NCBI GenBank assembly: GCA_963708135.1
Contig: OY970192.1
Coordinates: 5,152,001 to 5,216,000 of the forward strand
Source of the DNA: an uncultured Gemmatimonadales bacterium
GTDB taxonomy: Bacteria > Gemmatimonadota > Gemmatimonadetes > Longimicrobiales > RSA9
DNA: 64,000 nt
Reading direction: 5' to 3'
Shown: in pieces, positions 1 through 9,100 of the stretch
Layout of the letters: each line of letters begins with the position of its first letter
Position numbering within the stretch: the stretch's first letter is position 1
The notes under the pieces: generated by a model
Told to the model about the DNA's origin: nothing
Database searches by the model: none
What the model saw: only the letters and a program-made list of their open reading frames with translations
Made by a program: the position numbers and the translations under genes

Positions 1-2277
1 CCGCAAACGCATGACGTCCGCCCGAAGGCCCATCTCTAGCCCGCGGTTGGCGACCTCGCCGATGTTGCGGAACTGTGAGCCCGGGAAGCCGAGCGATGGC
101 GTGACCGGAACCTCCACGATCGCGTCCTTCGTCTTTTTCGTGTAGTACGTGAGCTCGAGCCCGACGCGCTCGTCGAAGCCCGTCGCATCGAAGCCGGCTT
201 CGAACTCCTCGCCGACTTCGGGCTTCAGGTCCGGGTTTCCGATGTTGTCCGGCGTCAGCGTGGGCGTCCCGTTCGCGCCCGAGGACGGCGCGTAGATACG
301 CAGCGCCGCGAACGCGTCCGGCTGATGACCGGCCTTGCCCCACGCCGCGCGGAGCTTGAGCGAGTTCAACACCGGCAGGGACGAGAGGAACGGCTCGTCC
401 GTCAGTACCCAGCTCCCGCTCAGCTTGGGATAGACGACGAAGTCGAAGTTCTTGCCGAAGGCGCTGTTGTCGTCGCCGCGCACGGCACCGGTCAGGAAGA
501 GGCGATTCTTCCAGGCGAGCTGCTCCTGCACGTAGGTGCCGACCGTCTTGTTCTCCAGGAACGACTCCGTCCCGCTCCGGATCGCGCCCGAGGTGACCGT
601 CTCGAGCGCGCGAACCGGGAACGTGCTGCCGGTCGCGGTCTCAGTGTTCACCTGCTTCTTGTAGTACTGGAGCCCGACGGCGGTCTCGAACGTCAGATCG
701 CGGCTCACGGGTGCCGTCGCCACGGCGGCGTAGTCGATACTGCTTAGATTCTCCCGGTAGTCCTGGATGCTGGCCGAGCCCGTCCGGCTCGCGCCCACCG
801 TCTCGCTCAGCCTGGACAGTTGGGAGAGCCGCTGCGTCGTCAGGTCCGTGCCGACCGTCAGGCGATGCGAGAACCACGAGAACGGCTGGTACTTGACGGT
901 GCCGGTGAGGATTCCTCGCGCCAGGTCCTCGTAGCCCTCGTAGTCGTTTTCGTAGCGCTCCGGCGGGCCCGTCAGGTAGCCGCGCGTCGGACCGTTGACC
1001 CCGCCCGCTCGCCCCAGGCCCGGCTCGCACCCCGGCGACGGACACGCCCACAGGATCGTCACCGAGATCGGCTGCGCCGCGCCCGCCGAGCGATACCGGC
1101 TCTTGATGTAGGACAGCCCGACGTTCACCGACACCCGCTCGTCCGGCGTGTACGTCAGGTTCGCCTGACTCGTCAGCCGGTTCTTCCAGTTGTAGTCGAC
1201 CGGACCCTCGTCCCGGTCCCAGCCCCCGGCGAAGAAATACGTCGCCGGCCCCGACCCGCCGCTCACGTTCCCCGAGTACTCCCGCGGATGCCCCGTCCGG
1301 AACCACGGGCCGTACGAGATCGTGTCGCCCGGATACTCGCCGGTCACGCGGTCGCTCCGCAGCGCGTTGAAGGCGACGATGTTCCCCGCCGAGTTCCGGT
1401 AGTAGACGTCACCCCAGAGCTTCTCCGGGTCAGGCAGCCAGTTCGCGCCTTCCTTCGCCATGAATTTCCACACCGGCGCGCCCGTGCTCCCCCGCTTCGT
1501 GATGATGTTGATCACCCCGTTGGACGCTTCCGTGCCGTACAGCGTGGCCGCCGCAGGGCCCTTGATGATCTCGATCGACTCGATGTTGCCCGGATCGATG
1601 TCGTTCATGCGCGACGGCGGCGAGCGCGAATCCACGCCCGGACCGTTGGTCGCCGTGTTGCTCACCCGTACGCCGTCGATGTAGAGCAGCGGCTCCGACC
1701 GTAGCGACAGGCTGTTCGCGCCCCGGATCCTGATGTTCGCGCTCGAACCGATGTCGCCGCCCCCCGACAGCACCGCCACACCGGAGACCGTGCTCAGCAA
1801 CTGGTGCACGTTCGGCGGCGGCGCGAGCGCCACGGTCTTCTCCACGTCCACCGTCCCCACCGCGTTGCCGAGGGACCGCTTGAGCTGCTGCTGCGGCGTC
1901 CCCGTCACGACGATCGCGTTCAGGGTCGTCGCGCTCTCGGTCATCTCCAGCACCAGGTCCGTCCGTCCGACCTGGACCGTCTGCGCCAGGTCCCGGTACC
2001 CGATCATCACCACCCGTAGCGATACCGTCGCGCCGCTCAAGTCCGGGATCAGAAAGCGCCCCCGGTTGTCAGTCAGGGCCCCGCGCTGCCCCAGCACGAC
2101 CTGCGCGCCCACGAGCGGTCGGCGCGTCACCGACTCCACCACGACCCCGCCGACCGCCCCCTGCTGCTGCTGCGCCGCCAGCCGCGATGAGCCCGGTACG
2201 AGCCCCACTAGCCCCGCGGTAAGCGTGATCCAGCCGCGAAACCGCGCGATCCCGTTCGGTCTCGATACGGATGCCAT
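1..2277 (-). CDS. SusC/RagA-family TonB-dependent outer membrane receptor (3' end runs off the window)
   Basis: Absent from the ORF track because it has no stop in the window. Manual translation from ATG 2277 (RBS AGGAGG upstream) gives a signal peptide, a carboxypeptidase-regulatory-like N-domain, the plug motifs IRIRGANS, EPLLYIDG and IESIEIIKGPAAATLYGTEASNGVINIITKRG, and the barrel motifs RGDDNSAFG and GNPDLKPE. Confidence 0.92.
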   Translation of the reverse strand, partial: MASVSRPNGIARFRGWITLTAGLVGLVPGSSRLAAQQQQGAVGGVVVESVTRRPLVGAQVVLGQRGALTDNRGRFLIPDLSGATVSLRVVMIGYRDLAQTVQVGRTDLVLEMTESATTLNAIVVTGTPQQQLKRSLGNAVGTVDVEKTVALAPPPNVHQLLSTVSGVAVLSGGGDIGSSANIRIRGANSLSLRSEPLLYIDGVRVSNTATNGPGVDSRSPPSRMNDIDPGNIESIEIIKGPAAATLYGTEASNGVINIITKRGSTGAPVWKFMAKEGANWLPDPEKLWGDVYYRNSAGNIVAFNALRSDRVTGEYPGDTISYGPWFRTGHPREYSGNVSGGSGPATYFFAGGWDRDEGPVDYNWKNRLTSQANLTYTPDERVSVNVGLSYIKSRYRSAGAAQPISVTILWACPSPGCEPGLGRAGGVNGPTRGYLTGPPERYENDYEGYEDLARGILTGTVKYQPFSWFSHRLTVGTDLTTQRLSQLSRLSETVGASRTGSASIQDYRENLSSIDYAAVATAPVSRDLTFETAVGLQYYKKQVNTETATGSTFPVRALETVTSGAIRSGTESFLENKTVGTYVQEQLAWKNRLFLTGAVRGDDNSAFGKNFDFVVYPKLSGSWVLTDEPFLSSLPVLNSLKLRAAWGKAGHQPDAFAALRIYAPSSGANGTPTLTPDNIGNPDLKPEVGEEFEAGFDATGFDERVGLELTYYTKKTKDAIVEVPVTPSLGFPGSQFRNIGEVANRGLEMGLRADVMRLR

Positions 2278-2450
2278 ATCCACCTCCTGGTTGTGAAGGA
2301 CGCGGGTGGTGCTGGCCCGGAAGACCGCTGGTCCGGGTCGGGGCAGAGGTGCGCCTGCCCCGGGGGTCGGGGCGGGTGCCGGTAGTGAGCGGCGGTGCGC
2401 GGCGGGGGCCGGCAGTTTTCCGCCAATTTGGTTCACGTTTTTGTAATGAT

Positions 2451-2462
2451 TTGTGTATACAG
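2451..2462. promoter_or_regulatory. Candidate GntR/HutC-type operator (TTGTGTATACAG) in an AT-rich promoter region upstream of susC
   Basis: Near-palindrome TGTATACA inside an AT-rich patch (2415-2480) upstream of the receptor gene. Confidence 0.3.
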
Positions 2463-2549
2463 AGTGCCACGAAGTGAATGAGGACGCAAGGGTGTTGTCC
2501 GGGGAGGGCCGGCGGGAGGGCTGCCGCGCGCTCCCGCCGGTGCGGCCGC

Positions 2550-3938
2550 CTACGGCCGCCAGACGCCGATCCCCTTCTCGTAGCGGATCACGGTGCCGAG
2601 CGGCGCCGACAGCTCGGCAAGCCGCTCGATGATCTTCCGGCCCGTGGCGGCGTCCGCCAGGCGCGGCGTCCCCCGCTGCGAGCGCGGCCGCTTCTGCTCC
2701 AGGTCGATCGGATACAGCTTCAGCTCGACGAGACTCTTGCCCTGGAACGTCGGCACGGCCACGACGCTCTCGTACCAGATGGGGCTGGACGGAAAGCCGC
2801 TGGTGCCATTGCGGAAGCGGGCGTCATAGAGGTCCTTCGCCAGCGTCGTCGCGGGCAGGTCGAAGCCCTCGTAGTTGTCGGAGGGCATCGGGTCGATCGT
2901 CTCGTTCTGGAAGACGAAGTTCCCCAGACTGTAAAAGATGGGGCGACCCTTGTAGATCTCGATTCCGCGCAGCTGGTGGGGTCCGTGGATCACGTAGGCG
3001 ACGGCGCCCGCGTCGATGCACGCGTGCGCCCACTGGCGCATCCACTCGTCGGGCACCGTCGCGTCGTTGCCAGGCTCGTGCGAATGGCTGGTCACAAGCA
3101 CGAAGTCGGCCTGATCTGCGGCGTTGCGCACCTCGCGCAGGATGCGCGCGGTATCAGCGGTCTCCAGCGTCTGAACGAGCGTGTCCGCCGCGCCGGGGTA
3201 GACATTGGCCCCCAGCAGACGAACCGCGCCGCCATCTCTCGTCGGCGCCCGGCCGCCGAGCGACGGCGCCATCTCCACGAGCCGCGCGAACGTGGACGGC
3301 CTGGCCTCGTAACGCCTTTGCACGCGCAGCGCGTTGAGGCCGGGGCGCCCCGGCACTTCCGGGCGCGCGGCGCCGGCGCGGGACATGTTCGTGAACGTCG
3401 TCGCCAGACCGATGAGCGCGATCCGCCCCTTCGTCGTGTCGAGGTATCCGGGGCGGCTCGCCCAGCCCAGGTTCTCGCCAGTGCCGGCGTGCACGATGCC
3501 CAACTGGTCCAGCAGCCGGTCCGTCGCGCGCATCCCCGCCACGCCGTAATCGGTCGTGTGGTTATTCGCACGGTTGAACATGTCGAACCCCATTGCCTTC
3601 AGGTCCGCCGCGGCCTCCGGCGGCCCGTGCTCCCAATTGCCCCCGTTCTCGACCTCGGGCCAGCCGTCGAACGCCTCCAGCCGGAACAGCGAGATCTCGA
3701 GGTTGAGCATCGCCGCGTCCGCGTCCCGGATCACCTTCGTCATTGCCGCGAACGCGGGATCGCCGGCGTTGTCGAACTGCGCGATGCGCCTCGTGATGAT
3801 GGCATCGCCGGCGGCGGCCAGGCTCCAGCGCACTGCCGGACCGGGCACCGTCGGCTGCTGCGCCTGCAGGCCGGCCGCGGGCGCGAGCACCATCGTGCAC
3901 ACGAGCGATGCGGCGACGTACAGCCAGCGCTTCGACAT
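2550..3938 (-). CDS. CapA/PgsA-family metallophosphoesterase (exported)
   Basis: Signal peptide plus motifs AAGD, NLE, ANNHTTDYG, HAGTG, SHSHE and HGPHQLRGIEIYKGRPIFYSLGNF, typical of the CapA family. Confidence 0.88.
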   Translation of the reverse strand: MSKRWLYVAASLVCTMVLAPAAGLQAQQPTVPGPAVRWSLAAAGDAIITRRIAQFDNAGDPAFAAMTKVIRDADAAMLNLEISLFRLEAFDGWPEVENGGNWEHGPPEAAADLKAMGFDMFNRANNHTTDYGVAGMRATDRLLDQLGIVHAGTGENLGWASRPGYLDTTKGRIALIGLATTFTNMSRAGAARPEVPGRPGLNALRVQRRYEARPSTFARLVEMAPSLGGRAPTRDGGAVRLLGANVYPGAADTLVQTLETADTARILREVRNAADQADFVLVTSHSHEPGNDATVPDEWMRQWAHACIDAGAVAYVIHGPHQLRGIEIYKGRPIFYSLGNFVFQNETIDPMPSDNYEGFDLPATTLAKDLYDARFRNGTSGFPSSPIWYESVVAVPTFQGKSLVELKLYPIDLEQKRPRSQRGTPRLADAATGRKIIERLAELSAPLGTVIRYEKGIGVWRP

Positions 3939-4150
3939 GAGACCTCGCGGGATGAGGTGCGTGGGTCACTTGTGACCCGAGCCGCGCCCAGGGATCCGAC
4001 GGCGGCGGAAGAGCCATGACTCCGGTGCAGGATGCGCCCAAGATACTCTCGGGCGGCCATCGCGCCATAACGACGTATCCGCGCCGTGCGGCTGCCCGAC
4101 GGCGCCGCCGCGCATCCGGTGGGCCGCCTCGCATCCGTCCCGCGCGCTGC

Positions 4151-4300
4151 ACCTGCCGGGCGGCGCTCCGGCGGGGAGGCCCTCTCCGGCCCTGCGGAAC
4201 GCTCGGCCCTCCCCCGGCCCGGCCCCGCCGCCGGCCACCCCCCTGCCTCGCGGACGGCAGTCCTCGGGCCTGCGAGGGCCTCGCCACCTGCGCGATCGTT
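4151..4300. repeat. Dispersed hairpin element, family H1, copy 1
   Basis: CTGCCGGGCGGCGCTCCGG(C/T)GGGGAGGCCCTCTCCGGCCCTGCGGAAC...CAGTCCTCGG...GAGGGCCTC(G/C)CCACCTGCGCGATCGT recurs at 6553-6690 and, truncated, at 25351-25403. Confidence 0.8.
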
Positions 4301-4530
4301 CGGCGGCCGGCGGAGGAGCGCGGCCGATGGCGTCGGTGCGCGGGCTGGCGCCGGCAAGGGCGCGAGGCCCGCCAGGCCGGCGGGGCGAATCGTCGTCGGC
4401 CCGGGGTCCTGCGTCCGTGCTCCGGGGCGCCGGCCTGGCGAGGGTCCGGCCGGAGAGGGAAGCGCCGGGCCGAGATCTCCCACTCTTGCCGGCCCTTCGC
4501 CACCGGCGTCTGGCTTCCGCCGCCAGGCGC

Positions 4531-5217
4531 TCAACGAAGCAGCCCGCACGCCACCGGCAGGGTCATGTACGCCGGCACGCCGGGCAGGGAGGCGACGCTG
4601 GCGGGGAGCGGCGTGTCCTCGGCCACGCCCTGGATGACGATGCTCCGGGTGGAGAGGTCGAGACGGCCGTTCGGGGGCAGGCGGGTGGTGCGAGGCGTGG
4701 ACGTGGTGCTGTCGGGGCGCTCGAGGTCGAGCAGCAGGTTCTCGGACGCGCCGGTGCGGCGGTAGTGCAGGGTGCCGTCGGCGAGGGCGAGGGGCTGGAC
4801 GGCGGAGCCGGCGAGCTGCGACTCGATGTCGCCATCCAGCGGGATGAGGGCGAGGCCGAAGGAGCGGAGCCCCTCCAGGATGTCGATGTAGCCGTCGCCG
4901 TTGGCGTCGTCGGCGGCGGTGGGGCAGCGGCCGAACGCGCGGATCTGAATGGGGTGCGGCCCGGGCGAGAGCCCCGCCGCATCGACGGCGGCGGAGAACG
5001 TGCCCGCGTCGATCGTGAAGGTGGCGGTGCCGGAGGCGGCGCGCGGCCCCGTCGCCTTCGGGTTCAGCGGCCGGAGCGTGGCGGTGTGGACGGCGGTCGC
5101 GGCGCAGCCTGCGGCGGCGAGCGCGAGGGCCAGGAGCGCGCACGTGAAGGCGACGCGGCCCCTCCGGCCTCCGACCCGCGTCTCCCCTATCCGGCCCGCC
5201 GCCGTCGCGCTCTCCAT
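4531..5217 (-). CDS. Hypothetical lipoprotein resembling Cu/Zn-SOD-fold proteins, with metal-binding His residues apparently lost
   Basis: C-terminal part of ORF 4531..6618 from ATG 5217. Lipobox-like LAAAGC, CPTAADDANGDGYIDILEG, LDLSTRSIVIQGV and terminal LPVACG. Confidence 0.6.
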   Translation of the reverse strand: MESATAAGRIGETRVGGRRGRVAFTCALLALALAAAGCAATAVHTATLRPLNPKATGPRAASGTATFTIDAGTFSAAVDAAGLSPGPHPIQIRAFGRCPTAADDANGDGYIDILEGLRSFGLALIPLDGDIESQLAGSAVQPLALADGTLHYRRTGASENLLLDLERPDSTTSTPRTTRLPPNGRLDLSTRSIVIQGVAEDTPLPASVASLPGVPAYMTLPVACGLLR

Positions 5218-6194
5218 TGCCGCTCCTCCGCCACCGGTTCCGCCGCCCCGCCCTCCTCGCATTCGGCGCCCGCCAGGGGGCCGCGCGGCTTGCGCGTCGA
5301 GGGGGAGGTGGTGATGAGCACCACCGCGGCGAGGATGACGGCACCGGCAAGGAGCATGCGCGCGGTGAGCGGCTCGCCGGCCAGCGCCCAGCCGAGCAGC
5401 ACGGCAATGACGGGGTTCACGTACGCGTAGGTGGCCACGCGCGTGGGCGCCACGTGGGCGAGCAGCCAGACGTAGGCGGTGAAGCCGATGAGCGAGCCGA
5501 AGACGACGAGGTAGCCGACCGCGAGCAGCGACGCGCCCGACACCCGCGCCGGCTGCAGCTGCCACAGCTCGCCCGAGACCGCCGCGGCCACGAGCGAGAG
5601 CACGCCCCCCGCCACCATCTCCATCGCGGTGCCGAGCAGCGCGGGGCGGGGCAGCGGCGCGCGCCGGCTGTAGATCGAGCCCGCCGCCCAGCACATCGAG
5701 CCGAGCACCAGGATCAGCGCGCCGAACCGGTCGATCCCGCCGCCGCCGAAGGAGCCGGGACCCACGAGCAGGCCGATCCCCGCGAGCCCCGCCGCGAGGC
5801 CCAGGATCACCCGCCCGCCCGGCCGGCCGCCGCCGCCCCAGACCGCATCGATCACGGTCATCCAGACGGGCACCGTGGCCACGATCAGCGCCGCGACGCC
5901 GCTCGGCACCACCCGCTCCGCGTGGGTCACCGCGCCGTTGCCGCACACGAGCAGCAGCCCGCCGATGATCGCCGCCGAGCGCCAGTGCACGACGCGCGGC
6001 CGCGGCGCCCCGCGCAGCCGCACGACGACGTACAGGATCCCGCCCGCCACGAGGTAGCGCCCCGCCACGAGCACGAACGGCGGCAGCGTGGCGATGCCGA
6101 TGCGCATCGCCAGGTAGGTCGAGCCCCAGATCAGGTAGATCGCCGCGAACGCGAGGGCGACGTGCCACGCGCGCGGTTCGCTGGTGTCGGTCAT
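5187..6194 (-). CDS. EamA/DMT-family transporter (YedA-like)
   Basis: MTDTSEP start at 6194. Motifs IYLIWGSTYLAMR, YLVVFGSLIGFTAYVWLL and TYAYVNPVIAVLLG, with about 10 hydrophobic segments. Confidence 0.92.
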   Translation of the reverse strand: MTDTSEPRAWHVALAFAAIYLIWGSTYLAMRIGIATLPPFVLVAGRYLVAGGILYVVVRLRGAPRPRVVHWRSAAIIGGLLLVCGNGAVTHAERVVPSGVAALIVATVPVWMTVIDAVWGGGGRPGGRVILGLAAGLAGIGLLVGPGSFGGGGIDRFGALILVLGSMCWAAGSIYSRRAPLPRPALLGTAMEMVAGGVLSLVAAAVSGELWQLQPARVSGASLLAVGYLVVFGSLIGFTAYVWLLAHVAPTRVATYAYVNPVIAVLLGWALAGEPLTARMLLAGAVILAAVVLITTSPSTRKPRGPLAGAECEEGGAAEPVAEERQWRARRRRAG

Positions 6195-6270
6195 GTCGGT
6201 CGAACGTCTCCGTAAACCTGGCCGTCCTGCGCGGTTGTCCCGTGCGATCCGGCGGCCTCGCCTCGCACCA

Positions 6271-6690
6271 GCCGGGCCGACTCGCGTCGCTCGCGCGCCG
6301 CGGCTGCCGGGCGGCGTTCCGCGGGGCCGTTCCGCGTCGCTCGCGCGCGGCGGCTGCCGGGCGGCGTCCAGCCGGGCCGACTCGCGTCGCTCGCGCGCCG
6401 CGGCTGCCGGGCGGCGTTCCGCGGGGCCGTTCCGCGTCGCTCGCGCGCGGCGGCTGCCGGGCGGCGTCCAGCCGGGCCGACTCGCGTTGCTCGCGCGCCG
6501 CGGCTGCCGGGCGGCGTTCCGCGGGGCCGTTCCGCGTCGCTCGCGCGCGGCGGCTGCCGGGCGGCGCTCCGGTGGGGAGGCCCTCTCCGGCCCTGCGGAA
6601 CTCGCGGCTCCGCCGCATCCGCCCGACCCCGCCGCCGCTCGGACAGTCCTCGGTCCTCCGAGGGCCTCCCCACCTGCGCGATCGTCCGTG
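6271..6690. repeat. Three 100-bp tandem units (each two ~50-bp subunits) running into hairpin element H1 copy 2
   Basis: Units start at 6271, 6371 and 6471 and are near identical. A perfect 15-bp inverted repeat follows: GGTGGGGAGGCCCTC (6571-6585) and GAGGGCCTCCCCACC (6660-6674). Confidence 0.9.
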
Positions 6691-6754
6691 GGTTGGACCC
6701 GAGCAGCACCCGCGGACGGCCGGTCACGTGCGGTTTCGTCGAGTCGGCGCTGCC

Positions 6755-7117
6755 GCACCGAATCGCAAACGGCCGCTCGGCGGCCGGGACCTCCCGGCGG
6801 TTGTGTGCGCCTGGCGCACCGAATCGCCAACGGCCGCTCAATGGGCGCGACGTCCCGGCGGTTGTGTGCGCCTGGCGCACCGAATCGCCAACGGCGGCTC
6901 GACGGCCGGGACGACTCGGCGGTTGGATGCGCCTGGCGCACCGAATCGCCAATGGCCGCTCAATGGGCGCGACGTCCCGGCGGTTGTGTGCGCCTGGGGC
7001 ATCGAATCGCCAACGGCGGCTCGACGGCCGGGACGTCCCGGCGGTTGTGTGCGCCTGGCGCACCGAATCGCCAACGGCCGCTCAATGGGCGCGACGTCCC
7101 GGCGGTTGTGTGCGCCT
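6755..7117. repeat. Six-copy 61-bp tandem array of imperfect palindromes with alternating A/B cores
   Basis: GAATCG recurs at 6760, 6821, 6882, 6943, 7004 and 7065. Arms are GCGCACCGAATCGCC and GGCGGTTGTGTGCGC. Confidence 0.9.
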
Positions 7118-7384
7118 GTCATCGGCAGCGCCGCCCGGGCCGCCTGCCAGCCGGGGCAGACCGAATCCCGCCCCTCGCCCGGCGGTTCCGGACGGCTGCG
7201 GAAGATACGCACGCACGCTTCACCCGCGAGACCCCGCGGCGCCCCGACGCCGCGCCGTTGCCGTACAGGCCGCCCGCAGCGCGTCCGTTGACGGTGCCCG
7301 TGCCCGACCGGTCGGTTCGGCAGCCGGAGAGCCCCCCGCGCGAGCACGGGAACGTCGTCGCCCCGCGTCCCCGCGTCGGGTGGG

Positions 7385-7795
7385 GGGCCAGGTGGGCCCG
7401 GGGAGGGTGGTCCGGGGGAGGGCGGGCCCGGCAGGGCGGGTCCCGGCCAGCGTGGGCCCGGGGCAGGGTGGTCCGGGGCAGGGCGGGTCCCGGCCAGCGT
7501 GGGCCCGGGGCAGGGTGGTCCGGGGGAGGGCGGGTCCGCGCCAGGGTGGGCCCGGGGAGGGTGGTCCGGGGGAGGGCGGGCCCGGCAGGGCGGGTCCCGG
7601 CCAGCGTGGGCCCGGGGCAGGGTGGCCCGGGGCAGGGCGGGTCCCGGCCAGGGTGGGCCCGGCCAGGGTGGTCCGGGGCGGGGCGGGTCCCGGCCAGGGT
7701 GGGCCCGGCCAGGGTGGTCCGGGGCGGGGCGGGTCCGGCCAGGGTGGGCCCGAGGAGGGTGGTCCGGGCGAGGGCGGGTCCGGGGCAGGTTGGAG
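7385..7795 (+). repeat. G-rich tandem repeat of 15-16-bp units (GGGTGGGCCCGGGGCA-like)
   Basis: About 25 degenerate units with strong G strand bias. Confidence 0.85.
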
Positions 7796-7993
7796 GGCGG
7801 CCCGGGCGAAGTCGAGCGTCTCCGGCCGCTCGCGCAGGAACGCGCGGTAGTCGTCGGAGCCGGGGCCGTTTCCCTCGGGATCGGGGCCGGGCGGAGGGTG
7901 CGCCGGGGGCAGGCTGGCGGGGCAGCCACGCAGGGTAGCCCGGGGCGGGTAGGGTCCACTAGCTTGCGCGCGAACCTCAACGAGGGCGAGCCG

Positions 7994-9064
7994 ATGGAGC
8001 TGAGCTACGAGCCGCTCGACCTGCCGACGGCGCACGAGTTCGTGATCGCGCGGGAGGGGGCCAGGCGGCGGCGGAACGTGATCGTGCGGCTGCGCGATGA
8101 CGACGGGGTCGAGGGCTGGGGCGAGGCGCCCGCGACGCCGTTCTACGGCGAGACGGCGGACACCGTCATGACGGTCATGCCGGTGCTCGAGGCGGCGCTG
8201 CGCGGCGCGGCGGACGGGGACCTGTGGGCGATCGGGCGGATCGAGGCGGCGCTGGTGGGCGCGGTCGGCGACGCCGGCCCCGAGGTGGCGGCGGGCGGCG
8301 GCTTTCCGGCGCACCCGGCGGCGCGCGTCGCACTGTCCATGGCGCTGCACGACCTGCTGGGGCGGCGGGTGGGCGCGCCGCTCTGGCGGCTGTGGGGGCT
8401 GGACCCGGGCGCGGCGCCGCCCTCCTCGTTCACGATCGGGCTGGACGAGCCCGAGGCGATGCGGCAGAAGGTGCGCGAGGCGGCGGGCTTCCCGATCCTC
8501 AAGGTGAAGCTCGGCACGGAACGCGACGAGGCGCTCCTCGCCCTCGTCCGCGACGAGGCCCCCGACGCCGTGATCCGCGTGGACGCGAACACCGGCTGGT
8601 CGGTCGAGCGCGGCCTCGCCATGCTGCCGGTGCTGGAGGAGTACGGGGTGGAGCTGGTCGAGCAGCCGCTTCCCGCCGGCGAGGTCGAGGGGGTACGTCG
8701 CCTGAGAGAGAAGGCGACGATGCCGCTCATCGCGGACGAGTCGTGCCGGGTGGCCGCGGACGTGCCGCGGCTTGCCGGCGCGTACGACGGCGTGAACATC
8801 AAGCTGGCCAAGTGCGGCTCGCTGCGGGAGGCGCTGCGGATCGTGGCGGTGGCGCGCGCGCACGACATGAGGGTGATGCTCGGCTGCATGGTGGAGACGA
8901 GCATCGCGATCGCCGCGGCCGTGCAGCTCGCGCCACTCGTGGACTACGTGGACCTGGACGGCGCGCTGCTGCTGGCCGAGGACCCGTTCCAGGGGCCGGG
9001 GGTGAAGCCGGACGGGACGCTGCGGTTCAACGGCGAGGCGGGGCTGGGGGCGGAGCCGGCCTGA
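7994..9064 (+). CDS. Dipeptide epimerase (L-Ala-D/L-Glu epimerase, enolase superfamily)
   Basis: Motifs GWGEAP, KVKLG, RVDANTGW, EQP, IADES, NIKLAKCG, MLGCMVET and DLDG. Confidence 0.92.
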   Translation: MELSYEPLDLPTAHEFVIAREGARRRRNVIVRLRDDDGVEGWGEAPATPFYGETADTVMTVMPVLEAALRGAADGDLWAIGRIEAALVGAVGDAGPEVAAGGGFPAHPAARVALSMALHDLLGRRVGAPLWRLWGLDPGAAPPSSFTIGLDEPEAMRQKVREAAGFPILKVKLGTERDEALLALVRDEAPDAVIRVDANTGWSVERGLAMLPVLEEYGVELVEQPLPAGEVEGVRRLREKATMPLIADESCRVAADVPRLAGAYDGVNIKLAKCGSLREALRIVAVARAHDMRVMLGCMVETSIAIAAAVQLAPLVDYVDLDGALLLAEDPFQGPGVKPDGTLRFNGEAGLGAEPA

Positions 9065-9100
9065 CGGCCGTTCGGCCCCGTGGCCCCTTTCCCCTTCCGG

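Noticed and set aside
2550..3938. Poly-gamma-glutamate capsule operon
   Set aside because: No capB or capC is present, and stand-alone CapA-family proteins are common.
6755..7117. CRISPR or TIGR-type guide array
   Set aside because: The intervening segments alternate between two recurring sequences instead of being unique, and no Cas or Nop-domain gene is nearby.
6195..7993. Repeat-encoded proteins (Pro/Gly/Arg-rich ORFs in several frames)
   Set aside because: The frames are open only because GC-rich repeats lack stop codons, and the 61-bp and 100-bp periods are not multiples of three.
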